Shown: piece by piece, positions 37,001 through 45,362 of the stretch
How the letters are laid out: every line of letters starts with the position of its first letter
Numbering within the stretch: the stretch's first letter is position 1
Source of the DNA: Pedosphaera sp.
GTDB taxonomy: Bacteria; Verrucomicrobiota; Verrucomicrobiia; Limisphaerales; SIBH01
NCBI GenBank assembly: GCA_031414955.1
Contig: JANOQV010000149.1
Coordinates: forward strand, 8,979 to 72,978
Direction: 5' to 3'
DNA length: 64,000 nucleotides
Program-made: the position numbers and the translations under genes
The notes under the pieces: model-generated
The model's database searches: none
What the model was told of the DNA's origin: nothing
Seen by the model: only the letters and a program-made list of their open reading frames with translations

Positions 37001-38305
37001 ATCGGAGCCGATGGGAATGGCGCGTCCTTGCAACGCCTCATCGCCACGCAGTACGGCAACGATCCCATCAACTGGATCGCCGGCACGCCCGGACCGGGTC
37101 GCGCGCCCGTGGCCGGCACGCCGCCGGCCATCACCACCCAGCCGCTCACGCAACTGGTTCTGGCCACCGCGCCGGCCATCTTCACCGTGGCAGCGAACGG
37201 CACCGCGCCGCTCCAGTATCAATGGCAGTTCAACGGCGCGTCCATTCCCGGGGCCACGGGTTCCACGCACACCATCAGCTTTGTCCGCGTGACCAATGCC
37301 GGGGTTTACAGCGTCACGGTCTTCAATGGAGCCGGGGCCGCGCAGAGTTCCAACGCGCTGCTCTCGGTCGGATACGGACCGTACTTCACGACCAGCCCGA
37401 CCAATGTCGGGGTGCGCTCCGGCCTGAACGGCACGCTCGTAGCCTCAGCCTTTGGCACCGGGCCGATGACCTTTCAATGGCTCTTCAACGGCGGCACCCC
37501 GCCGGGTAACGTGAGTTCCACCGCGAGCAATTCCACCCTCACCATCACCAACATGCAGCCCAGTTCCGCCGGCACCTACGTCGTGCTGGCCACGGACAGC
37601 ATCGGCACCGTGCCCAGCACGCCGGCCGTCGTCACCTACCTCGTGGACCCGATCATCATCGTGCAACCCCTCAGCCAGAGCACGGCCCCGGGGGCGAACC
37701 TGACCCTGAGCGTGGTCGTCTCCAACAGCGCCTCGCTTCCGATCGGCTACCGCTGGCGGAAAAATGGCTCCGCCATCACCAACGGCATGCAGGTGCTCAA
37801 CCAGTTCACATCCTTCTTCATCGTGACCAACGCCCAATCGCCCGCCGGCACTTACTCGGTGGTGGTGACCAACGCCGCGCGCCCCAGTGGCGTGACCAGC
37901 GCCGGAGCCATCATCACCGTGCTGACCGACACCGACGGCGACGGCCTCCCGGACGCGTGGGAAAATGAATTCGGCCTGGCCGCCGGCAACAACGCGGATC
38001 GCGACCTCGACGCCGACGGCGACCGCATGAGCAACTGGGCCGAGTACATCGCCGGCACCAACCCGACCAATGCCTTGAGCTACCTGCGGGTGGACGCGCA
38101 GTCGGTCGGACTGGGGGCCACGGTTTCCTTTGGCGCGATCTCGAACCGCACTTACACCGTTCTTTTCGCCGACGGCCTGGAGGGCGCGCCCTGGCTCAAG
38201 CTGGGCGATTTCGTCGCCCGCACCAACAACCGCGTGGAGGTGCTCAACGATCCGGCCTTCACCACCGGTCGCTACTACCGCGTCGCGACCCCGCGGCAGC
38301 CGTGA
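31052..38305 (+). CDS. large secreted lamin-tail-domain / CotH-kinase family protein with carbohydrate-binding-like, Ig-like and DxDxDG domains and a C-terminal RYYR domain
   Basis: signal peptide ending AHA; several ITE/INE...[DE][WF]IEL.N lamin-tail domains; MFDDGAHGDGLAADGVF; CotH motifs PKRS, LYK, NED..KN, PWDLDLTFG; Ig YQWQFNG; DTDGDGLPDAWE. Confidence 0.9.
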   Translation: MNAKKLLCSLVLLFLCACFAHAADNVLITEFLAANDGTLRDEDDDAEDWIELHNAGTNTVNLLGWFLTDNVAQLTKWSFPSTNLPPNAYLIVWASSKNRRVPGAPLHTNFRLNNGGEYLALVRPDGVTVASAFAPAFPVQVEGVAYGITTIQTNVTLLPTGALARVLVPTDGSLDPIWITPGFIDTSWAPLPTGVGFETDGLVPFVPVTNANSVTEFSGVQGQNNWWYGYWDKDADANGQYSDADFVAFPSGGGGWNPGNYWTGSIWDWFAGDPPFTQLTSQGGRPSAENGITSRPVHWAVRRYVNEFDGPITISGTITHTSDWVYVTQTGVAGTGLLYLYLDGGGEGYIDDVKVVLGSVPESGANLITNGDFETGAITPWTTTANTAGSAVTTAFKHAGARSLRLATVQAGSTQGDSVWQPFTVTVGATYSLSYWFLPVPNNPAGTVRASGSWFNTSSRSAGDGTVARIFVDGVQVHQQTAYVSSNTYSVTVPAHLGSKIDLALDAGAANHDLGDLTVFTATIATGNPLITSVADAAADWSFSGVQGEKNWFQGYYNKNTDPDLIYQATNFIAFPRNNGPHGSNNFWDGQEWDWPSGDPPFDKIGQYWMIPNGTNSGAHHWTIRRWVSEVAGDVTVTWSALKEYPDQNNSGGGGVNVRVLHKGVQRDSAFIAGGDTVGVQRSLTLTNVQVGDAIDLALDPTDGNGVSDDDTDRTLVTISMRGSPSLTSLITSGIAGSMLGVNASAYLRLPFNVTDASVLNVLTLRMKFDDGFVAYLNGVEVARFNTPLTVAWDSSAASARPDSDNNEWTEWNLTSSLGLLHNGTNVLAIQGLNVDMDDGDFLILPELIAATATFDLGSPRYFVLPTPGAPNGTGNTNLGPVITDVSHSPSVPLDHQNLYVTARVAPTFYPVASLSLIYRVMFSNEVTIAMFDDGAHGDGLAADGVFGAFIPAAAAGPGELLRYYIFATDSQANPSRSPSFLEPKNSPQYEGTVVINPGLTNPLPVMQLFVLDQVAATNYAGTRGTIFWDGELFDNIEVSAHGQTTWFVFPKRSMNFNLNSGYKLRPHPGWSRVKAFDLLTTAADKAYLRMSLGFETFRNAGVPTHDAFPVRLQQNNAFHSVMHFVEQANEDFLERNGLSPTGALYKIYLQLTDAYTGAKKLTRKNEPNDDLQALLNGLDLNQPAAEFRAYMFDNMDIPEVINFMATIQHVQNEDCCGKNFFMYRDTAGNGEWQLLPWDLDLTFGRVFTAWQQVGTNLTGGYYNTNLYAQNLYYSQARNASDYIGVGTHLPNAILSWSDTLAMFYRRWTTIMEEMLQKTGTHPLALKLENRLDEYAAQIAPDAALDLLKWRPMNPPAFLLDQTLPQAVSLMKTSYFAPRRPWIFNTLAFANNGPYVGTQPSNAVINFGVIEFNPASGNQSQEYFTLLNPNSYAVDMSGWKLSGALEHTFKGGVVLPPGGVLYVSPDVKAFRARTTGPSGGQGLFVQGNYKGSLSTRGESLQLVDNTGRSVAATNYTGTPSLAQQYLRITEIMYHPAPPPPGLSTNADEFEFIELKNVGPAPLSLIGVRLTNGVFFNFTGSGVTNLLSGANVVVARNLAAFTSRYGGGVPVAGQWIGQLDNNGETIRLEDAAGEKVLEFAYNNTWYPITDGEGFSLVIVNENAAWDTWGLKESWRPSSRERGSPGTNNPAFDLIAPIRINELTSHTVPPALDTVELYNPAGTNVDIGGWFLTDDFLSPRKYRIPNATIITAGGRLLLNEDQFNPTNPPSPTGFAFSSTGDEVFLFSATTAGDLTGYYHGFDFGAAAAGVSFGRHVTSVGAEHFVAQTSLTLPGVNAGPKVDSIVITEIHYHPPDLAGGEDNSDDEFIELKNLQPTSTPLFHAGFATNTWQVRGGVDFDFPTNVTLAGSGYLLLVNFNPTNTAQAAAFRARFNVPVGVPLFGPYSGKLDNSSGSVRLQRPDAPLAGDVPYILVDAVDYLDAAPWPIGADGNGASLQRLIATQYGNDPINWIAGTPGPGRAPVAGTPPAITTQPLTQLVLATAPAIFTVAANGTAPLQYQWQFNGASIPGATGSTHTISFVRVTNAGVYSVTVFNGAGAAQSSNALLSVGYGPYFTTSPTNVGVRSGLNGTLVASAFGTGPMTFQWLFNGGTPPGNVSSTASNSTLTITNMQPSSAGTYVVLATDSIGTVPSTPAVVTYLVDPIIIVQPLSQSTAPGANLTLSVVVSNSASLPIGYRWRKNGSAITNGMQVLNQFTSFFIVTNAQSPAGTYSVVVTNAARPSGVTSAGAIITVLTDTDGDGLPDAWENEFGLAAGNNADRDLDADGDRMSNWAEYIAGTNPTNALSYLRVDAQSVGLGATVSFGAISNRTYTVLFADGLEGAPWLKLGDFVARTNNRVEVLNDPAFTTGRYYRVATPRQP

Positions 38306-38458
38306 CGTTACACTCCTGGGGCTTGGCCGGGTCGAGGCACCCGGTCCGGCCCGGAGGGACAGGATGAGTTCCAGCCTGGCGACGGTGTTCCGCCGGGCAC
38401 CGCGAGGATTCAAATAACGGGGCTGGATTTTGCCGGGGCCGCTCGGCATTTTATTCCC

Positions 38459-38812
38459 ATGAAATTGATTTTGTCGGCGCACAACGTAACGCTCACCAAG
38501 GCGATCGAGGATCACATCCTCGACAAACTCGACAAACTCGACCAGCTCGACCGACGCGCCATCGACGCCCGCATCACCCTTGAACACGACACGGCCAAGG
38601 CCACGGACAAGAGTTTCAAGTGCTCAGTCCGCCTGGATGTGCCCGGTCCGGATCTCTACGCGGAGGATTGCGAGAAGGATCTTTATGCCGCCATCGACGT
38701 GGTGATGAAGAAGATCGCCCAGCAAATCCGCAAGCGGCACAACAAGCACAAGGCCCGCAAGCATGGCGAGGCCTCGGCTTCCAAGCGCCGCCGGCAGGAA
38801 GCGGACATCTAA
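38459..38812 (+). CDS. hpf: ribosome hibernation factor / RaiA (short form)
   Basis: LSAHNVTLTKAIEDHILDKLDKL...DLYAAIDVVMKKIAQQIRKRH. Confidence 0.9.
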   Translation: MKLILSAHNVTLTKAIEDHILDKLDKLDQLDRRAIDARITLEHDTAKATDKSFKCSVRLDVPGPDLYAEDCEKDLYAAIDVVMKKIAQQIRKRHNKHKARKHGEASASKRRRQEADI

Positions 38813-38901
38813 ACCCGGGCGGCGGTTGTGGAGTTTCCGATTTCCAGGGCGGGCCGCAGGACCAAAAACGCGCCACTCGAAACGCGAGACTTCAGACTCT
38901 C

Positions 38902-40143
38902 ATGCTGCTTCGCGCGCACACGGTTTTACCCATCGTCACGCCGCCGATTGAGGACGGTGCGGTCCTCATTCACGGCGGGCGCATCCTGAAGGTCGGGCGG
39001 TGGCTCGATCTGGTCCGCGATTATTCCGGACCGACCACGGATCTGGGCGGGGTCATTCTCCTGCCGGGCTTGATCAATGCCCACTGCCATCTCGATTACA
39101 CCGACATGGCCGGCCAGATCGGGCCGACCCGGCATTTCTCGGATTGGATCAAATCCATCGTCATGCTCAAGGCGGAGTGGAGCTACACGGACTTCGCCCT
39201 CTCGTGGCTCCAGGGCGCGAAGATGCTCCTGCATTCCGGCGTGACCACGGTGGTGGACATTGAGGCGGTGCCTGAATTGCTCCCCGAGGCCGCCACCGCC
39301 ACACCGCTGCGCGTCATCTCCTGCCTGGAACTGCTTTCGGTCCGCAGCCGCGCTCATCCCGACGAGCGGATCAGCGAAGCCTTGCAACGGCTGCGGAGGT
39401 TTCCCGCCGGGTTCGGCGGGCTGTCGCCGCACGCGCCGTATTCGACCTCGGGCGAATTGCTCCGCGTGTGCGCCGCCGCCGCGCGCGAGAACGACTGGCT
39501 GCTGACCACGCACGTCGCGGAATCGGCGGACGAGTTTGAGATGTTCCGCACGGCGCGCGGCGCGATGTATGAATGGCTGCACCAGCAGCGCGACCTGAGT
39601 GACTGCGACGGCCGCTCGCCCGTGGAACACCTGGAGCGTTGTGGCGTGCTGGGGGCGAATCTGCTGGCCGTTCACGCCAACTATCTGGCCGAGGGCGATG
39701 CGGCCCGGCTGGCGCGCCACAGCGCCAGCGTCGTGCATTGCCCGCGCAGCCACCGCTTCTTCGGCCATCAGGATTTTCCTTTCGAGGAACTTTCCCGGGC
39801 CGGCGTGAACTTGTGCCTGGGCACGGACAGCATGGCGACGATGGCGAAGCTCCGGGGCGAGCCGCTGGCGTTGGATTTATTTTCCGAGATGCGGACCTTC
39901 GCCCGGGCGCACCCCGGGATTCCGCCCTTGTCCATTCTCGAAATGGTCACCCGACAGGCCGCGCGAGCCATCCGACAGACCGGCGAACTGGGCGTCATTG
40001 CGCCCGGTGCTTGCGCCGACTTGATCGCGCTGCCCCGGCAGGAGGGGACGGATGAACCCGGCCAATCCGTGCTGGAACACCGCGGCGATGTGGCCGCTTC
40101 GATGATTGGGGGCCGATGGGTGCTGGGCCGGCCTCGGGCATGA
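38902..40143 (+). CDS. metal-dependent amidohydrolase/deaminase family protein
   Basis: PGLINAHCHLD, SPHAPYS, HVAES, VHCPRS, LGTDS. Confidence 0.88.
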   Translation: MLLRAHTVLPIVTPPIEDGAVLIHGGRILKVGRWLDLVRDYSGPTTDLGGVILLPGLINAHCHLDYTDMAGQIGPTRHFSDWIKSIVMLKAEWSYTDFALSWLQGAKMLLHSGVTTVVDIEAVPELLPEAATATPLRVISCLELLSVRSRAHPDERISEALQRLRRFPAGFGGLSPHAPYSTSGELLRVCAAAARENDWLLTTHVAESADEFEMFRTARGAMYEWLHQQRDLSDCDGRSPVEHLERCGVLGANLLAVHANYLAEGDAARLARHSASVVHCPRSHRFFGHQDFPFEELSRAGVNLCLGTDSMATMAKLRGEPLALDLFSEMRTFARAHPGIPPLSILEMVTRQAARAIRQTGELGVIAPGACADLIALPRQEGTDEPGQSVLEHRGDVAASMIGGRWVLGRPRA

Positions 40144-40859
40144 GCGCCAACCCCACCAAGGTCGTCTTGATCACCGGTGCGGGTGGCGGGTTGGGCCGCG
40201 GGCTGACGGAGGAATTCACCCGCCAGGGCTGGCAGGTCATCGCGGGCTTCCGACAGAGCACCGCCGAAGCGCCGTTGGAAAATGTTTTTCCTCTCGAACT
40301 CGACGTGACGCGGACGGCGGAACTGGATCAATCCATCCTGGCCTTGACCAAACGCTTCACGCGTATTGACGCGCTCATCAACAACGCCGGCGTGACGGCT
40401 GACGCCACGCTCGCGCAACTCGGCGATGAAGACTGGGACCGTGTGCTGAACATAAACCTGCGCGGGGCCTTCGCCTGCGCCCGTGCGGTCGCGCGAACCA
40501 TGCTGCGCCAGCGCGACGGGCACATCATCAATATCTCCAGTCACGCCGGGCGTTGCGGCGCGCGCGGCCAGTCGAACTATGCGGCGGCCAAAGCCGGTCT
40601 GCTCGGGCTGACCCAAGCGCTGGCCCGCGAACTCGGCCCGCGCAACGTGCGGGCGAACGCCGTGCTGCCCGGAGTCCTCCCGACCAGGATGACGGCCCAA
40701 CTGAGCGCGGAGCAACTGGAGGGGTTGGCCCAAGCCAACGTGCTGGGCCGGATCAATGCGCTCGACGAAGTGGCCCGCTTCATCGTCTTCCTCGCCGGCA
40801 CGCGCAACATTTCCGGCCAGATTTTCCAGCTCGACAGCCGCATTGCGCCGTGGACGTGA
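40140..40859 (+). CDS. SDR oxidoreductase, FabG-like
   Basis: TGAGGGLG, NNAG, NISS, YAAAK; ATGA overlap with the amidohydrolase. Confidence 0.9.
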   Translation: MSANPTKVVLITGAGGGLGRGLTEEFTRQGWQVIAGFRQSTAEAPLENVFPLELDVTRTAELDQSILALTKRFTRIDALINNAGVTADATLAQLGDEDWDRVLNINLRGAFACARAVARTMLRQRDGHIINISSHAGRCGARGQSNYAAAKAGLLGLTQALARELGPRNVRANAVLPGVLPTRMTAQLSAEQLEGLAQANVLGRINALDEVARFIVFLAGTRNISGQIFQLDSRIAPWT

Positions 40860-40901
40860 GAGCGGAGCGCAGGCATTCTGCCCGCGAGTTCCAAAACCTT
40901 G

Positions 40902-42125
40902 ATGAGCCGTTTCAATCAATCCTTGCAGGCCGAACTGGACGCCATTCGGGCCGCCGGTTTGTTCCGCGAAGTGCGCCGGGTGGATTCGGCCCAGGGCGCG
41001 CGCATCATGCTGGCCGGACGAGAATGTCTGAACTTTTCCTCCAACGACTATCTCGGGCTGGCGGATCACCCCGGGCTTAAGGAAGCCGCCCGGCAGGCCA
41101 CGGAAAAATTCGGCGCGGGCAGCGGAGCTTCGCGGCTTATTTGCGGTTCGCTCGCGCCCCATCACGAACTGGAGGAGGCGCTCGCCGCATTCAAGGGCAC
41201 GGAGGCTGCACTCACTTTTTCCAGCGGCTATGCGACCGCGCTCGGCACCATCGGGGCGCTGGTCGGCCCGGAGGATGTCGTCATTATCGACAAGCTGGTT
41301 CATGCCTCGATCGTCGATGCCGCGCGCCTCAGCGGGGCCAAGCTGCGCGTTTTCGCGCACAACGATCTGGAGGACCTGGAGGCGATGTTGAAATGGTCGG
41401 AAGGGATTCAAGGTCCCAGGTCCAAGGCCCAGGGTCGTGGTCCGCGCACGCTGGTAATCACGGAATCGGTGTTCTCGATGGATGGCGACCTGGCTCCATT
41501 GCGCGACCTGGTGGAGTTGAAGGACCGTTACGGTGCCTGGCTGATGGTGGACGAGGCGCACGCCACCGGATTGTTCGGCCTCCGGCGCTGCGGCTTGGCC
41601 GAGGCCCACGAAGTCGCGGATCGAGTGGAGGTGCAGATGGGCACGCTGGGCAAGGCCCTCGGGGCCGCCGGCGGCTACATCTGCGGCCGCCGCGCGCTTA
41701 TCGATCTGCTCGTGAATCGTGCGCGCAGTTTCATTTTCTCAACCGCGCCCGTCCCGGCGGCGGCGGCGGCGGCGCGGGCCGGGATTGAACTCGTGCAATC
41801 CGCCGAGGGCGAGGCACGCCGGGTGCGCGTCTGGTCGCTGGTCGATCAGTTGAAAAATGTCCTCACGGGCGGGCCATGGCCATTGGGCGTGGTCCAAAGT
41901 CCGATCCTGCCGCTGGTGGCCGGCCCGGAGGCGGAGGCGGTGAACTTCGCGGCCGCGTTGCGTGAACGAGGCCTGTTCATCCCTGCGATTCGTTTTCCCA
42001 CCGTGGCGCGGGGGGCCGCCCGCCTGCGCATCACTCTCACCGCCGCGCATTCCCCCGCCGATGTGCGCGCCCTAAAGACAGCGCTGGATGAAATCCAACA
42101 GGCTGGGACTGGAAGCAAGGGCTGA
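40902..42125 (+). CDS. bioF: 8-amino-7-oxononanoate synthase
   Basis: SSNDYLGL, GSGASRL, HASIVD, ESVFSMDGD, DEAH, TLGKALG, FSTA, PTV..G.ARLR. Confidence 0.93.
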   Translation: MSRFNQSLQAELDAIRAAGLFREVRRVDSAQGARIMLAGRECLNFSSNDYLGLADHPGLKEAARQATEKFGAGSGASRLICGSLAPHHELEEALAAFKGTEAALTFSSGYATALGTIGALVGPEDVVIIDKLVHASIVDAARLSGAKLRVFAHNDLEDLEAMLKWSEGIQGPRSKAQGRGPRTLVITESVFSMDGDLAPLRDLVELKDRYGAWLMVDEAHATGLFGLRRCGLAEAHEVADRVEVQMGTLGKALGAAGGYICGRRALIDLLVNRARSFIFSTAPVPAAAAAARAGIELVQSAEGEARRVRVWSLVDQLKNVLTGGPWPLGVVQSPILPLVAGPEAEAVNFAAALRERGLFIPAIRFPTVARGAARLRITLTAAHSPADVRALKTALDEIQQAGTGSKG

Positions 42126-42324
42126 CGCCAAACTCCACCGCGGACTTGGGCGACCGGGCGAGAGGAGAGAGAGCCGGCGGCCATGCTGCTGTTCCGCGCG
42201 TCACCGACCCAGGCCGGTTCCCGTGCATCGCCCAAGAAATGTCCAGCCCTTGGCAAGGCGCGGGGAGTGGCAGCTTCCTCGTCCTGCGACCTTGTCTGCG
42301 AGAAAGCTGGCAGGAGATTCCAAA

Positions 42325-42891
42325 ATGAAAACAAAAACACCAGGCCGCAGCCGGAGCGCCAAATCAATTTCCGGGGTCAGCGCGCCCCCCGGCTCTTCCG
42401 TTGCGGTGAAGCCATTCGTCAAAGTCGTTCCGGTTCAAATTCGGTCCATCCTTGTGCCGGTGGATTTTTCGTCCCCTTCCAGCCAGGCGCTGGGCTATGC
42501 GGCAGGGCTGGCCCGGAGTTTCGGGGCGAAATTGACGCTCCTGAACGTCGTCGAACCGATTGGGGCCATGCCGGATTTCGCGGCGAACCCGCTGGTTCGT
42601 GACCTGCGGGAGGTCAGTGCCCAGGCCAAGGAGGCTCTGAAACGGCTCGTGGCGCGCGCGCAACTCGAGCCGGCGTGGATTGAGACCCTGCTCGTCCGTC
42701 ACGGCACGCCCTTCCATGAGATCAGCGAGGCGGCGGCGTTGTTGAAGTCGGATCTCATCGTCCTCGCCACGCACGGGTACACGGGCCTGAAGCACGTTCT
42801 GCTCGGGAGCACGGCGGAACGAGTGGTGCGTCACGCACCGTGTCCGGTGCTGGTGGTGCGCGGCGCAGAGGAGGCCGCGGCCAGCCGGTGA
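42325..42891 (+). CDS. universal stress protein
   Basis: ILVPVDFS, DLIVLATHGYTGLKHVLLGSTAERVVRHAPCPVLVV. Confidence 0.92.
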   Translation: MKTKTPGRSRSAKSISGVSAPPGSSVAVKPFVKVVPVQIRSILVPVDFSSPSSQALGYAAGLARSFGAKLTLLNVVEPIGAMPDFAANPLVRDLREVSAQAKEALKRLVARAQLEPAWIETLLVRHGTPFHEISEAAALLKSDLIVLATHGYTGLKHVLLGSTAERVVRHAPCPVLVVRGAEEAAASR

Positions 42892-42892
42892 C

Positions 42893-43774
42893 ATGACGAC
42901 GGCACCTTTTATCCCGGTCATGTCGCAAGAAAATTGCACGGCAGGGACTGCGTTCGGATGTCCGCGCGATTTCCTCGACAATCAGTTCGTCTACACCGTC
43001 GTGTCGCCGCGGGCGCGCGGCCTTTCCATCGGGGTGAACATGAACCCGGATCAGCAATGCAACTTCGATTGCGCTTACTGCGAAGTAGATCGGCGCGCCC
43101 CAGGGCGGGGTCAGCTTGATGTGGAGGTGATGGAGGCTGAACTGAGAAAAACCCTGGCCTTGGTTCAATCCGGTGAACTGGCCCGCCGCCCGGCCTACGA
43201 ACGCCTGCCCGAGGATCTCCGGCAATTGCGCCATGTGGCGCTCAGCGGGGATGGCGAGCCAACGCTCTGCCCGCAGTTTCTCGAGGCAGTCCAGGCGGTG
43301 ACGCATGTGCGCGCCATGGGGCGGCCCTTTTTCAAGCTGGTGCTCATCACCAATGCCTCGAACCTCGGCGCGGAGGCGGTGCAGCGCGGGCTTCGGCTCT
43401 TCACCCAGCGAGATGAAGTCTGGGCCAAGCTGGAGGCGGGCACCCAGGATTACATGCAGCGGGTGAACGCGCCCGAAGTCAGCCTCGAGCACATCCTGGC
43501 AAACATTCAGGCGCTGGCCCGGCGGCGGCCGGTGGTGATCCAAAGCCTGTTTCCGCTCCTGGAGGGCACCCCTCCCTCTCCGGAGGAGATCGAGGCGTTT
43601 GCGCAACGGCTCCGCACCTTGAAAGACAACCAGGCCATGATTTCGTTGGTGCAGATTTATTCCGCCACCCGGCCGATGCCGCGCCCGAATTGCGGCCATC
43701 TACCCTTGGCGGCGCTTTCGCAGATCGCGCGCACGGTGCGGCGAGTGGCCGGTTTGCCGGCGGAGGTTTTTTGA
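42893..43774 (+). CDS. radical SAM protein of unknown function
   Basis: VVSPRARGLSIGVN, CNFDCAYC, SGDGEPT. Confidence 0.88.
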   Translation: MTTAPFIPVMSQENCTAGTAFGCPRDFLDNQFVYTVVSPRARGLSIGVNMNPDQQCNFDCAYCEVDRRAPGRGQLDVEVMEAELRKTLALVQSGELARRPAYERLPEDLRQLRHVALSGDGEPTLCPQFLEAVQAVTHVRAMGRPFFKLVLITNASNLGAEAVQRGLRLFTQRDEVWAKLEAGTQDYMQRVNAPEVSLEHILANIQALARRRPVVIQSLFPLLEGTPPSPEEIEAFAQRLRTLKDNQAMISLVQIYSATRPMPRPNCGHLPLAALSQIARTVRRVAGLPAEVF

Positions 43775-43924
43775 GCTCTGAGCCGGTCAGGCGGGGTGGC
43801 GCACCGAAGCCGCGGCGGCTTGGGACGGCACCCGTGGTTTCGTTTTGCCTGAGCGGAGACCCGGGGCCCTTGTCCCGGCCACGGGCCGCCACTCCGAAGC
43901 CCACCCGCATCCGTGGTCTGTCGC

Positions 43925-43953
43925 TTGCAATGTCCATACCCTGCGGCTAGCGT
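43925..43953 (+). promoter_or_regulatory. sigma70-like promoter of dapL
   Basis: TTGCAA-N17-TAGCGT, 15 nt before the ATG. Confidence 0.55.
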
Positions 43954-43968
43954 CCGCGCGATTTTGAC

Positions 43969-45207
43969 ATGGCGTACCTGAACGAAAACTTTCTGAAGCT
44001 GAAGGCGGGCTACCTCTTCCCGGAGATTGCCCGGCGCGTAAAAGTCTTTTGCGAAGCCAATCCGTCCGTCGCCCAGCGCGTGATCCGCTGTGGCATCGGC
44101 GACGTCACGGAACCGCTGCCGGCGGCCGTCATCAGCGCCTTGCACACGGCGGTGGACGAGATGGCCCAGCGCGCCACCTTCCGAGGCTACGGTCCCGAAC
44201 AGGGCTACGACTTTTTGCGCGCGGCCATTGCCCAGCATGATTTCCGCGCCCAGGGGCTGGAAATTTCGGACGACGAGATCTTCGTCAGCGACGGATCGAA
44301 GTGTGATTGCGGCAACATCCTCGACATCCTCGGCCACCAGAACCAGCTCGGCATTTCCGACCCCGTCTATCCGGTCTATGTGGACACGAATGTGATGGCG
44401 GGCCACACCGGCGACGCGGATGAATCCGGGGCCTACGCCGGCATCACTTATCTGCCTTGCACGCCGCAGAACGGATTCATCCCCGAGCCGCCCAAACACA
44501 AGGTCGATGTCGTTTACCTGTGCTCGCCCAACAATCCGACCGGAGCGGTGGCCACGCGCGCGCAGCTCGAAGCCTGGGTGCAATATGCGCTCCAGCATCG
44601 CGCCATCATACTCTTCGACGCGGCCTACGCGGCTTACATCTCGGATCCGGCTTTGCCCCGCTCCATTTACGAGATCCCCGGCGCTCGCGAATGCGCCATC
44701 GAATTCCGCAGTTTCTCCAAGAACGGCGGCTTCACCGGCGTGCGCTGCGCCTTCACCGTGGTGCCGAAATCGCTGCAGGCGCAGACGAGCACGGGCGAGT
44801 TCAAGCCGCTCCATCCGCTCTGGAGTCGCCGCACGAGCACGAAGTTCAACGGCGTGAGCTACCTCGTCCAGCGCGCGGCCGAGGCGCTCTACACGCCCGC
44901 CGGCCAGGCGCAGGTGCAGGCTCTCATCGAGCACTACATGGGCAACGCCCGCGTGCTCGTGGCCGGGGCGAAGGCCGCCGGACTCACGGTGTATGGCGGC
45001 GTGAACGCGCCTTACATCTGGGCGGAGACGCCCGCCGGGGTCACGAGCTGGCAGGCTTTCGACAAGATTCTGGGCGAGGCGAATGTCGTCATCACACCCG
45101 GCAGCGGCTTCGGCTCGAAGGGGGAAGGTTATTTCCGCATCTCCAGCTTCAACAGCCGGGCCAACGCCGAGGAAGTCGCCCGCCGCCTGCCGCAATTGAA
45201 GTGGTGA
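43969..45207 (+). CDS. dapL: LL-diaminopimelate aminotransferase
   Basis: [47 protein letters not shown]. Confidence 0.96.
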   Translation: MAYLNENFLKLKAGYLFPEIARRVKVFCEANPSVAQRVIRCGIGDVTEPLPAAVISALHTAVDEMAQRATFRGYGPEQGYDFLRAAIAQHDFRAQGLEISDDEIFVSDGSKCDCGNILDILGHQNQLGISDPVYPVYVDTNVMAGHTGDADESGAYAGITYLPCTPQNGFIPEPPKHKVDVVYLCSPNNPTGAVATRAQLEAWVQYALQHRAIILFDAAYAAYISDPALPRSIYEIPGARECAIEFRSFSKNGGFTGVRCAFTVVPKSLQAQTSTGEFKPLHPLWSRRTSTKFNGVSYLVQRAAEALYTPAGQAQVQALIEHYMGNARVLVAGAKAAGLTVYGGVNAPYIWAETPAGVTSWQAFDKILGEANVVITPGSGFGSKGEGYFRISSFNSRANAEEVARRLPQLKW

Positions 45208-45362
45208 GGTTCGGCTGGTTGGCCGCAGGCAGGATTAAGCTGTGCAGAGACGGGGCCAGTCGAACCCGATCGGCCCGACCCTTGAGTTGAGCCAGGGTGT
45301 GACAAATGCGTGATGGCTCCGAATTGATTGGTGTACAAACCGCCCAAACCCCAGTGTGCAAT

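Noticed and set aside
42126..42324. Structured ncRNA between bioF and usp (cttgggcga...tcgcccaag pairing)
   Set aside because: Only a generic imperfect hairpin; no RNA family could be recognised by eye.
42893..43774. Biotin synthase BioB, given proximity to bioF
   Set aside because: Lacks BioB motifs such as YNHNL and the BATS domain.
43775..43968. Lysine riboswitch upstream of dapL
   Set aside because: The best promoter lies only 15 nt from the ATG, leaving no room for one, and no recognisable L-box core was seen.
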